Assembly: GCA_900537185.1 (NCBI GenBank)
Contig: LS999830.1
Span: 47,440-111,439, forward strand
Length of the DNA: 64,000 nucleotides
Reading direction: 5' to 3'
Source of the DNA: Cytophagales bacterium Alg240-R148
GTDB taxonomy: Bacteria; Bacteroidota; Bacteroidia; Cytophagales; Cyclobacteriaceae
The notes beneath the pieces were generated by a model. The model searched no databases and was not told the origin of the DNA. It was given only the letters and a program-made list of their open reading frames with translations. The translations under genes and the position numbers were made by a program. This document shows, one piece after another, positions 1 to 8,315 of the stretch (the first letter of the stretch is position 1; every line of letters begins with the position of its first letter).

Positions 1-8
1 ACACTGAT

Positions 9-821
9 TTGTTTGATTTTAAAGTACCCACACAGTTAAAGTTAGACATTATAAGAACTGCTTATAAATCAGGTTTTCAGCAAGAAGCAAGAGCATATGA
101 AAAAAGATGGGGGCTGAAATACAACAAAAACAAAGATACGGGGAATTACTTGATGTTTATCTGGAACGATGGTTTGGGGCCAGTTAAATCGGAGTGGGGC
201 ATAACATTTGCACTTAGCCAAGGTTCTGGAGGCATGGTTAATTTCCACAGCGATGAGGTCAATGCTAGTTTTGCTTATAATATTTACGATTATGGTTACA
301 ACGACAGCGACAAACGCGGATTAGAAAAAGTTGAGTTTATACGAGTGGTTTTCCCAAAGTACATTGAGCGAGAATTGTATTTTTCAGGAGGTACATTGGA
401 AATGGGAGCGAACCAATACCCTTTGGATAAAGCAGAAGATGTTAATTCCATTGCCTTTAAATCTTTGGAGCAAAGAATGTTAAAAGAATTTGGAGAGGCA
501 TTGTTGCGTGTAGCCATTAAGAAGGCTGCGGAACATGCCGTTAGAGAAGAAGACCAAGGCTGGGGCACTGCTTTGGGCGTTTTTAATGCCCTTACTGAAA
601 AAGCGGATACTAGAAATTGGCAAACCATTCCACATACGATTCTATACAAAAGAGTTCCACTGGAAGAAGGGGATAACTCCTTGGTTTTTAAAACCTATGT
701 AGGGCCCAATAGACTAGAAGGCAGCGCATATGAGTTGAACTATTCCATAAAAAAGAACCAAACTATCTTTCATAGTTTTACCTCTCTGGAACACCAACCC
801 ATCGGCAGAATAAATCGATAA
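9..821 (+). CDS. hypothetical protein, probably 5'-truncated by the window edge. The first codon is TTG and the frame is open to position 1.
   Basis: Long ORF, 270 aa, with no recognisable motifs. The frame is open upstream to the window start. Confidence 0.35.
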   Translation: MFDFKVPTQLKLDIIRTAYKSGFQQEARAYEKRWGLKYNKNKDTGNYLMFIWNDGLGPVKSEWGITFALSQGSGGMVNFHSDEVNASFAYNIYDYGYNDSDKRGLEKVEFIRVVFPKYIERELYFSGGTLEMGANQYPLDKAEDVNSIAFKSLEQRMLKEFGEALLRVAIKKAAEHAVREEDQGWGTALGVFNALTEKADTRNWQTIPHTILYKRVPLEEGDNSLVFKTYVGPNRLEGSAYELNYSIKKNQTIFHSFTSLEHQPIGRINR

Positions 822-921
822 AAATGGAGCCCCATTGTTGTTTATTCAACAAAAAACTCGTTTTTTAGTGAAAGTTGAAATAAGTTGTAGTTATTCAATA
901 TAATATTACCCTGTCCCTGCT

Positions 922-1536
922 ATGTTTTCAGAAAAAGAAATAGACACTTTGCTTCAAATCGAACCAATTGCCAATGGCGTAGCTGAAAAAAGGAAGCGCT
1001 TTTTATTGGCTGAAGCACCATATATGGAAATCAGCGAACATGATTTTCTTTCATTAATTATCATGACCCCAGCGGTTGGCATATGTCTGTCCAATGGGAG
1101 TGTTAGTCTTTTTGAGGAGTTGGCTTTAAATAAAATGGCTCGAAAAATGTCAAAAGGTGGTTTTTTTATGAAAAAAGATCCTGTGGCCCATGCAATGAAA
1201 TACTTAATCAAATCGTTTGAAAATTGGGAAGACGAATTTTATGAGGTTATTTCTTCGTGTATAGAGAATACATGTAATTTGGAGTTGTGTGAGAAGGTAT
1301 CGGTAGAGTTACCAGCCTACGATTTGGACTATTTTGCTAGAGAATTAATGAAAATGCCATATGGCTTTGTGAGCATGCTTTCGACTATGATAATCAATGA
1401 GGAGGCCGATATAGTAGAAATCAGGCCCATATCCTCCCACGAGTTTGAAAAGATAAAGGACATAGGCAAAAGAATGAAATTTTATGATCTTCCAATTTTT
1501 AAGGCATTTTTAAGTACCTTTGAGGTCAGAAATTAA
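922..1536 (+). CDS. hypothetical cytoplasmic protein
   Basis: 204-aa ORF in a co-directional array. It has no signal peptide and no recognisable catalytic motif. Confidence 0.4.
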   Translation: MFSEKEIDTLLQIEPIANGVAEKRKRFLLAEAPYMEISEHDFLSLIIMTPAVGICLSNGSVSLFEELALNKMARKMSKGGFFMKKDPVAHAMKYLIKSFENWEDEFYEVISSCIENTCNLELCEKVSVELPAYDLDYFARELMKMPYGFVSMLSTMIINEEADIVEIRPISSHEFEKIKDIGKRMKFYDLPIFKAFLSTFEVRN

Positions 1537-1596
1537 TTTTATAACAACCATTGAATGGCATTGATGCTCAAGAACTGGAATAGGAGTGAACTGTGG

Positions 1597-2646
1597 ATGA
1601 ATCGGCTAACAAGGTGTTTCTTTCTTATTGTGTTTTCTGTATTTTTCACATCCAATGTTTTCGGACAAGATGAGGGTGGCGGGGATGTTTTTGTAATTGA
1701 TCGTTTTTACAACCAACCCGAGCCTAACAACTTTAGAACATTTCTCAACAAGTTTTCATTTGGATTTGCAACCGGATATGGCCGTACTTTTTACAAGCAT
1801 TCCTTAGAAGGTTTTGGTATAGCCAATACGCAAAATGGGCAATTTATTTTCCCAAATTCAGAATACAACGGAGGTGGTACGGTAGCCAACGGCTATGACC
1901 AATGGTTCAGCGACATCAAGGGCAGTAGCAACCGCACCATTGCAGGCAATGATTTTGTTGCTAAAAGCGATACAACCCAATTGATATTTAAAGGAGGCGG
2001 TACCTCGATTCCTTTATTTTTTATGTTGCATTTTGAGTTTAATAGGTACCGCATAGGAGGAGGGTTCGGTTTGGAACCTCATTTTATTGGCAAATTTAAG
2101 CCTGTGAACCACAAAAACGAGTTGGCCAATTACGATCCAGACCTTAAGTTTGCTATGTTCAAAAGGTACTTTCTTTCGCTCAGTGCTAATGTTGTGCAGT
2201 ACTACGAATATAAGTTGAATTTAGATGTACAAATTGGCAAACTCAAACTAGGCAATAAATTTAATAAAGCTTTAATCTCCCAAGGCGTATATTATAATTT
2301 TGGCGTTTCTGCCGAAAAGCAATTGTCGGAGTTTTTGCATGTTTATGTTAAACCGGCCTTTGAGCTTAAAAAATATACCATCTCCATCCCGGAATCCAGC
2401 AATAGCATCGTACACAAGCAGAATACTTTTTTTATTCAAATAGGGTTCCACTACAAAATCCCGAATCCGCCAAAATGTAAAAGGAGGCAGTGCATGACCC
2501 AGGTAAACCATACCCATGGAGATTACAAAGAGGTCCGGAGCAGGGCCCACCCAGTTTACAAATGGCAGAACCCGCACTATGGTCAAAATTATCCTAGAAT
2601 GATCAAATACAAAAGGAAAAACCGACGCAAAAGAAACCCATATTAG
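1597..2646 (+). CDS. secreted/outer-membrane hypothetical protein; start chosen at internal Met MNRLTRCFFLIVF...
   Basis: N-terminal signal peptide (hydrophobic core FFLIVFSVFFTSNVFGQ). The body is Gly/Asn/Tyr-rich with alternating hydrophobic residues typical of beta-barrel or OM proteins. Confidence 0.45.
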   Translation: MNRLTRCFFLIVFSVFFTSNVFGQDEGGGDVFVIDRFYNQPEPNNFRTFLNKFSFGFATGYGRTFYKHSLEGFGIANTQNGQFIFPNSEYNGGGTVANGYDQWFSDIKGSSNRTIAGNDFVAKSDTTQLIFKGGGTSIPLFFMLHFEFNRYRIGGGFGLEPHFIGKFKPVNHKNELANYDPDLKFAMFKRYFLSLSANVVQYYEYKLNLDVQIGKLKLGNKFNKALISQGVYYNFGVSAEKQLSEFLHVYVKPAFELKKYTISIPESSNSIVHKQNTFFIQIGFHYKIPNPPKCKRRQCMTQVNHTHGDYKEVRSRAHPVYKWQNPHYGQNYPRMIKYKRKNRRKRNPY

Positions 2647-2664
2647 ACTGTAGAAGTAGACCAA

Positions 2665-3048
2665 ATGAAAACGGACATAACGAGCAGAGCGGATATTGAA
2701 CAATTGGTTGTAACGTTCTACAGCATTATTAGAAAAGATGCAGTATTGGGTGATATTTTTAATAATGCCATATCCGATTGGGACCACCACATTCCAAAAA
2801 TTGTTGACTTTTGGGAAACAAATTTGTTTTTTAAACCAGTTTACAAAGGAAAGCCAATTAAAAAGCACATAGAACTAGATGCAGACAACCATCATAGTTT
2901 AGAAGAAGCACATTTCAAACATTGGGTGGCCATATGGCAAGATACTGTAAACGAGCTTTTTAAGGGTGAAAAAGCAGAATTAGCAAAATACCGGGCAGGG
3001 AATATTGCCAACATGATGTATATAAAAGTAGTAGGAAGTAGGAAATAG
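2665..3048 (+). CDS. group III truncated hemoglobin-like (globin fold) protein
   Basis: 127 aa, a size and composition typical of bacterial 2/2 (truncated) globins. The spacing FW...NLFF...HF.HW resembles this family. No search was run. Confidence 0.5.
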   Translation: MKTDITSRADIEQLVVTFYSIIRKDAVLGDIFNNAISDWDHHIPKIVDFWETNLFFKPVYKGKPIKKHIELDADNHHSLEEAHFKHWVAIWQDTVNELFKGEKAELAKYRAGNIANMMYIKVVGSRK

Positions 3049-3109
3049 AACCATTTAGCAAGGTATTGCATGGTTTTTTTTATTATTCTTGCAAATTGAA
3101 TTGGTACAT

Positions 3110-4393
3110 ATGAGGGTAATAGTGTTCATTTTTTTGGTATCTGGGATGATTTTTGGGTGTTATAATCCTGTGGAGGAAGACGTCCATCCCTATGTTTTTG
3201 TAAAAGGAAGCATTGTAGATTCCTTCGGAACACCGTTAGAAGATGTCAGGGTAATGGTTTTTGATGCCTCTAACGACGAGCCTTATGCTGTTGCTTACCA
3301 TACAGATAGGATGGGAGAGTTTAACATAGAACTACCCTCTGGTAATTATTACTTTAGACTTTCTAAGCAAGGGTTTTACGACGTACCCGCCAAGTTACAA
3401 AAGCCCAAAGTGCAATATATAGGGATGGAAGCGGCTTTGGGTTTTTCGATGTATGCTTCTAATCAGAACATTCAAGAATTGGGTATTATTACTGGTCGGG
3501 TTTTAGATGAAGCTGGCGGACCTTTAACAGGTGCTTTGGTGGTAGCCAAGGAAACCAATTCGAATGACTCTTTTTCTGGATATACCGATGCGGATGGTAT
3601 TTTTGTTATTAACAACGTCGTCAATGGCAATTTTGAAGTGCAGTCTTGGAAGGCCAATTATGTATCGTCTACAGTGGGGCTTTATTATGATTATAGAGAG
3701 CTGGAATCCGTTATAGATATTACAACGAGTAGCGCCAATTTACAGTCGAGCAGTATGGCTGTACAAGACAAGTCGGGCTTTGGATGGAATACAGATTTTT
3801 GCTTATTACATCCTGAAACAGGCGAATACATTCCAGGGACTTGGCAACAAAGTTCCGATGGTATAATGGATGTCGTTTATTCGGAAGCAAATGAATATAA
3901 GTTTGACTATGGCCTAAGCGATTTAACACGTACCACACAAATCGATTCTTTGCTGTCTTATCGCGGAATGAATTTTGATGACTTCGCAGCATTGGGTACC
4001 CCCTTGATACTTTCAGAAGCTATTGCCATAATTGCACCTAGTTATGACCCATCCTTCGATTTTCCGGCTACTGCAACCACTGTTTTGCCAACGTTTTCTT
4101 GGTTTCCGGTAACCGAAGCCACCAGTTATTCCATAGAAGTTAAAGACCTAACAACTGGAGCTCTGGTTTGGGGCAATATTCAAAACGAAATGGGTGAACT
4201 TATAATGGCAGTAGAACTACCGTCTACCACTTCAAGTATTCAGTACAATTACGATGGGTCTGCAAGTTTCCCAACTTTAATTAGAGGCAGGACCTACAGC
4301 TGGCGTGTTTATGCAATTGGTTTGAATGCCGACAGCCAACCATACCTATTGGCTGCTAGTAACCCTGTGGCTGGTACTTTTAATGTTAACTAA
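3110..4393 (+). CDS. lipoprotein with two carboxypeptidase-regulatory-like (CarbopepD_reg) beta-sandwich domains
   Basis: Lipobox-like LVSGMIFGCY. Repeated blocks 'GSIVDSFGTPLEDVRVMVFD' and 'GRVLDEAGGPLTGALVVAKE' are typical of Cna-B/CarboxypepD_reg domains. Confidence 0.5.
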   Translation: MRVIVFIFLVSGMIFGCYNPVEEDVHPYVFVKGSIVDSFGTPLEDVRVMVFDASNDEPYAVAYHTDRMGEFNIELPSGNYYFRLSKQGFYDVPAKLQKPKVQYIGMEAALGFSMYASNQNIQELGIITGRVLDEAGGPLTGALVVAKETNSNDSFSGYTDADGIFVINNVVNGNFEVQSWKANYVSSTVGLYYDYRELESVIDITTSSANLQSSSMAVQDKSGFGWNTDFCLLHPETGEYIPGTWQQSSDGIMDVVYSEANEYKFDYGLSDLTRTTQIDSLLSYRGMNFDDFAALGTPLILSEAIAIIAPSYDPSFDFPATATTVLPTFSWFPVTEATSYSIEVKDLTTGALVWGNIQNEMGELIMAVELPSTTSSIQYNYDGSASFPTLIRGRTYSWRVYAIGLNADSQPYLLAASNPVAGTFNVN

Positions 4394-4726
4394 CATTGTC
4401 CCAAAAATTAGAAGGTGCTAAGAGTAGTGGTGGAAGTTGCCATTTGGTTGAAGTAAACTAGGTTGGCAAAATCTCATTGGTTACTTATTAAAAACAAAGA
4501 AAACTATCAAGTGGTTAAAAAGTGGTGGTTACACCATTTACTCTGCATGCCTAATAGTATAACTATCTTATTATCAGTTAGTTTCATTCCGTTGTAAATA
4601 AAAATAAGAATGCGTTTTTTGTTTATCAATTCCCTTTATAAATTTGCTGTCATATTTTAACCCTGAGCGGAAACTTTTATTATAGGCCAGTGTTATTATG
4701 TTGACATCAGTTATTAAAATTTAAGT

Positions 4727-5623
4727 ATGACCAATTTCAAAGAAAATAGGATCAGGGAGGGTAGGACCCACTATATGGCCAAAAATATAACAATCTATGG
4801 GTTGATCCATGTTGTTCCATTTTTAGCCTTTTTTACTGGGACCAATAGAATTGACTGGATTATTTGTGCGGTATTGTATTTTGTAAGAATGTTTTTTATT
4901 ACAGGAGGATACCACAGGTATTTTGCGCATAGGGCTTTCAAAACATCCAGGGCTTTTCAGTTTTTCTTAGCTTTTATGGCACAAACTTCTGTTCAAAAAG
5001 GAGTTTTGTGGTGGGCTGCCAACCATAGGGTACACCATCGGTACAGCGACGAAAATGAGGATCCCCACTCTATGAAGTTATTCGGCTTTTTACATTCTCA
5101 TATGGGTTGGTTGTTTATTGACAAATACAAACCAACGCGATTGAAATTAATAGGAGACTATGCTAAGTTTAAAGAATTAGTATGGCTCAATAACAACCAT
5201 TTGGTGCCACCATTTTTTATGGCCCTTACTGTATTTTTAATCGGAGGTTTCACTTCTTATGATGGCGTGGCCATGAGCACTTTTTGGACAGGAGCTGCCT
5301 CTTGTTTGTTTATTGGTTTTTTCTTGTCTACCATCATATTGTACCAAGGAACTTACTCTATTAATTCGTTGATGCATTTAATAGGTAGAAAGCGATACAA
5401 GACAACAGACAATTCTAGAAATAGTTTTGTACTGGCCTTAATAACCTTAGGAGAAGGTTGGCACAACAACCACCACCACTACATGGCATCGTTGCGCCAG
5501 GGATGGTTTTGGTGGGAAATTGATATCACCTTTTACATTCTAAAAATATTTTCTTGGATGGGATTAATTTGGGACATAGTTCCAGTTCCAGATAAGATAA
5601 AATTTTCGCATAAGGACAAATAA
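4727..5623 (+). CDS. acyl-CoA/acyl-lipid delta-9 fatty acid desaturase
   Basis: Three histidine boxes (HRYFAHRAF, HRVHHRYSD, HNNHHHY) in a four-TM protein of about 300 aa. This is the stearoyl-CoA desaturase family signature. Confidence 0.8.
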   Translation: MTNFKENRIREGRTHYMAKNITIYGLIHVVPFLAFFTGTNRIDWIICAVLYFVRMFFITGGYHRYFAHRAFKTSRAFQFFLAFMAQTSVQKGVLWWAANHRVHHRYSDENEDPHSMKLFGFLHSHMGWLFIDKYKPTRLKLIGDYAKFKELVWLNNNHLVPPFFMALTVFLIGGFTSYDGVAMSTFWTGAASCLFIGFFLSTIILYQGTYSINSLMHLIGRKRYKTTDNSRNSFVLALITLGEGWHNNHHHYMASLRQGWFWWEIDITFYILKIFSWMGLIWDIVPVPDKIKFSHKDK

Positions 5624-5626
5624 AAA

Positions 5627-5650
5627 AAGGGCCATGTGCCCTTTTTTTAT
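5627..5650. terminator. bidirectional rho-independent terminator between the convergent desaturase and thioredoxin-like genes
   Basis: Hairpin AGGGC-catgt-GCCCT flanked by an A-run 5' and a T-run 3' (aaaaaaagggccatgtgccctttttttat). Confidence 0.5.
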
Positions 5651-5792
5651 GCATGATTATTCTTAATAAAAGATTGCCTGTGATTTAGAGGAGTAAAATA
5701 AGTTAACCCAAGTAAAATAAATTTCATTTGCTTGATTAAAGACCTTTTTTATAGTGAATAGAGGGGATGCGAACACCCTAATTAGAAAAAGA

Positions 5793-6998
5793 TTACTCGC
5801 TTGATAACTCTTTTATTATGTCGTCGAACTTGTTTTCAAAAGATTGGTAATAACTTCCGGTGGCAGGTCCATTGAAATAACTTTGAACGTAGCGTACAAA
5901 ACCGGATTTATCAATGAACACTAGAGTAGGGAAAGCCTGAATTTTCTTCATAAATGGAAAAGCCAAAGCAGCATGCCCTTTGTTGAGTGGTCCGCCTACA
6001 ATCATGGTATGGGACAAACCGAGTTCCTTTTTATAATCTTCAATTCTTTGGAGGCCATAGGCCAACGAATAATTGGCTTCGTAGTTAACAGAAATTAAGT
6101 TGATATTGGAATTTGGGTGTGCTTCCAACCAATTTTTCAAGAAGTTGGTTTGGTCCAGGCTATTAGGGCACCAAGTACCAAAGAGCTGGATAACCACGAC
6201 TTGATCAAAATAGTCATCTCCATCCAATTTATTTGCTTTGTCCGCTGATAATATGTCGTAATACGGGCGGTATTTGTGCTTTTCTATTTTTTGGAACTCG
6301 AAGGGGTCTACCAATGCAGCAGCAGCATTTTTTTTCGCAGTCCATTTTTCCGAATAAGCATTGTCATAGTATACCTTACCTGTTAATTCCCCTTGTAACA
6401 ACCGACCTTTGAATAAAAAGGCATGCGTACCGTCAAATGCAGAAAGCAGCATGGAGTCGTTTCGTACGATCCCCTCAAGGTACCTATAGTCACTTGTTTC
6501 GGTTAATACAGTGCCTTCTAAAAACTGTGCTTTTTGGTTGAGAATTAGCACGCCGTCGTAGGGCACGGATCCACTTGGTTCAAAAGTTATGCTGTATTTA
6601 CCATTGAAGTCTGATGGAGTAGATGGTAGTTTGGATTCGAACCTTGGTTGGTTGTAATGGGCAGTAAATTGGATAGGTTTTGATTTGTAGTTTTTAATCC
6701 AGACGCCTTCTATGTTAGTTGGTGTATAAATTCCTTTAATCTCGGTGTCAAATACTGGTAACTCTACCACTATACTGTCCCCAAAAAGCTTCAAATTTTG
6801 TATGTCTATCAATTCGGTGCTATTGGTTATGGTCATCTGAACGGTACCGTTTGGGCCCTTGTAAAATTTAAAGTCAAAAGGAACTTTTGCATCTTCATAA
6901 TAGACAATTCCTTTCCAATTACCCATTTTTAATTTTTGGGCAACAATAGGAAAAGATGTAATGGTGCAGGTGAGTAGAACTAAAATGAATCGGATCAT
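5793..6998 (-). CDS. secreted thioredoxin-fold (TlpA/AhpC-TSA-like) protein with an N-terminal domain of unknown function. The active site is the monothiol variant WCPNS.
   Basis: Signal peptide. C-terminal block 'VVIQLFGTWCPNSLDQ' matches the TlpA-like WCxxC region but reads CxxS. Confidence 0.55.
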   Translation of the reverse strand: MIRFILVLLTCTITSFPIVAQKLKMGNWKGIVYYEDAKVPFDFKFYKGPNGTVQMTITNSTELIDIQNLKLFGDSIVVELPVFDTEIKGIYTPTNIEGVWIKNYKSKPIQFTAHYNQPRFESKLPSTPSDFNGKYSITFEPSGSVPYDGVLILNQKAQFLEGTVLTETSDYRYLEGIVRNDSMLLSAFDGTHAFLFKGRLLQGELTGKVYYDNAYSEKWTAKKNAAAALVDPFEFQKIEKHKYRPYYDILSADKANKLDGDDYFDQVVVIQLFGTWCPNSLDQTNFLKNWLEAHPNSNINLISVNYEANYSLAYGLQRIEDYKKELGLSHTMIVGGPLNKGHAALAFPFMKKIQAFPTLVFIDKSGFVRYVQSYFNGPATGSYYQSFENKFDDIIKELSSE

Positions 6999-7087
6999 AC
7001 AGTAAAAATATAATTTTTATTGTCAAATCCAGATGGTTTTCAGACAACATTGTTTTCTATAAATAAAAAAAATGTTATTTTAAATTA

Positions 7088-7960
7088 ATGGGCGAAAAAA
7101 TGGATCAGGGTAGAATAAATGAAATTTTGGATAAAATAGCTGGTTTGGCTGCTCTTGACTACGACAGCGAGATTGATATCAAGGACAATAATGATGAATT
7201 GGCAGCAATAGCAGTAGGGCTTAATATGTTGGGAGAAGAATTGAAAGCACAGGTGGTCAGCAAAAACCAATTGACCAATATCAATTCTAAGTTAGAAAAA
7301 TTTGCTTATTCCACGGCACATGATTTAAAATCACCATTGAATGCCATTGCTGGTTTGGTTTCCTTGATAGAACTTTATAGCCAACCGGAAAACGACGACC
7401 TTAAAGCATGTATAGGCCAGTTAAAAACTGTCGTTTCCAATATGAAAAACATGGTTATTGGCATATTAAATTATTCGAGAAGCGATTCCAACGAATTGGA
7501 TTTTGAAAGGCTCAACCTGCATGAATTGATTCAATCTGTAATCCGCCAAGATGGGTTTGGGGATCTCGCTCAGATTTCGATTAAGGATCAGTTACCGGTG
7601 GTTTGGTTCAATAAAATTTCTGCTATACAAGTGGTGCGCAATATTTTTGACAATGCAATTAAATACTGTGACAAACCCTTGTGTGAAATAGCAGTAAATG
7701 TTTACAACAAGGAAGCGCATTATGAAATTGAAATTAAGGACAATGGTCCCGGTATTGACCCCAAAGACCAGAGTCAAATTTTCGATTTATTTAACAGCTT
7801 AAATCAACCCCATAATTCAGAAAGCTTTGGCATAGGGCTGGCCAACGTAAAACAAATTCTACAATCCAGTGGAGAGAAAATTTGGGTTGAATCTGAATTA
7901 GGAGCAGGTGCTACCTTTATATTTACCTTAAAAAAGGAAAACCATGTACAGAGAAACTGA
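7088..7960 (+). CDS. cytoplasmic sensor histidine kinase (HisKA + HATPase_c) with no TM segments
   Basis: H-box 'FAYSTAHDLKSPLNAIAGL'. N, G1 and G2 boxes ('DNGPGI', 'GIGLANVKQI', 'GAGATF') are present. Confidence 0.75.
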   Translation: MGEKMDQGRINEILDKIAGLAALDYDSEIDIKDNNDELAAIAVGLNMLGEELKAQVVSKNQLTNINSKLEKFAYSTAHDLKSPLNAIAGLVSLIELYSQPENDDLKACIGQLKTVVSNMKNMVIGILNYSRSDSNELDFERLNLHELIQSVIRQDGFGDLAQISIKDQLPVVWFNKISAIQVVRNIFDNAIKYCDKPLCEIAVNVYNKEAHYEIEIKDNGPGIDPKDQSQIFDLFNSLNQPHNSESFGIGLANVKQILQSSGEKIWVESELGAGATFIFTLKKENHVQRN

Positions 7961-8315
7961 AAAGATTAAGTTTACAATGTTGGAAGGAGGGATTCTCAAT
8001 ACTGAATGCTTTCCAAAAACCACCATGACTTTGGAAGATGGGATAGAAAGTACTCGAATATCAGCAGAAATGAACGAAGGACAAGAATTGCCACTGTTGT
8101 GCGACATCACCAATGTTGTGAAAATGTCACAAGAATGCAGAAAACATTTTGCCGGGGAAGAACATGCCAAAACATTCAGCAAATGTGCCTTGATAATTTC
8201 CAACCCCATAAGCAAAATAATTGGTAACTTTTTTATGGGATTGAACAAGCCATTAAAGCCGACCAAGCTGTTTACAAACAAATCGGATGGGTTGCAATGG
8301 CTTCAAAAGAGCTAA
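7944..8315 (+). CDS. small hypothetical protein, possibly STAS/SpoIIAA-like. It overlaps the HK stop by 17 nt.
   Basis: 123-aa ORF translationally coupled to the histidine kinase. The fold assignment is speculative. Confidence 0.35.
   Translation: MYRETEKIKFTMLEGGILNTECFPKTTMTLEDGIESTRISAEMNEGQELPLLCDITNVVKMSQECRKHFAGEEHAKTFSKCALIISNPISKIIGNFFMGLNKPLKPTKLFTNKSDGLQWLQKS

Noticed and set aside
9-11. TTG start codons assigned by the ORF track (the ORF at 9 and the ORF at 41041).
   Set aside because: Position 9 is just the first in-frame codon at the window edge, so the gene is probably truncated. For 41041 an in-frame ATG 48 nt downstream is the more plausible start.
8262-8285. Second near-palindrome TGTTTAC-AAACA resembling the putative operator at 28923-28936.
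   Set aside because: It lies inside coding sequence near the convergent 3' ends of two genes, has only 5-bp arms, and is expected by chance in AT-rich DNA.
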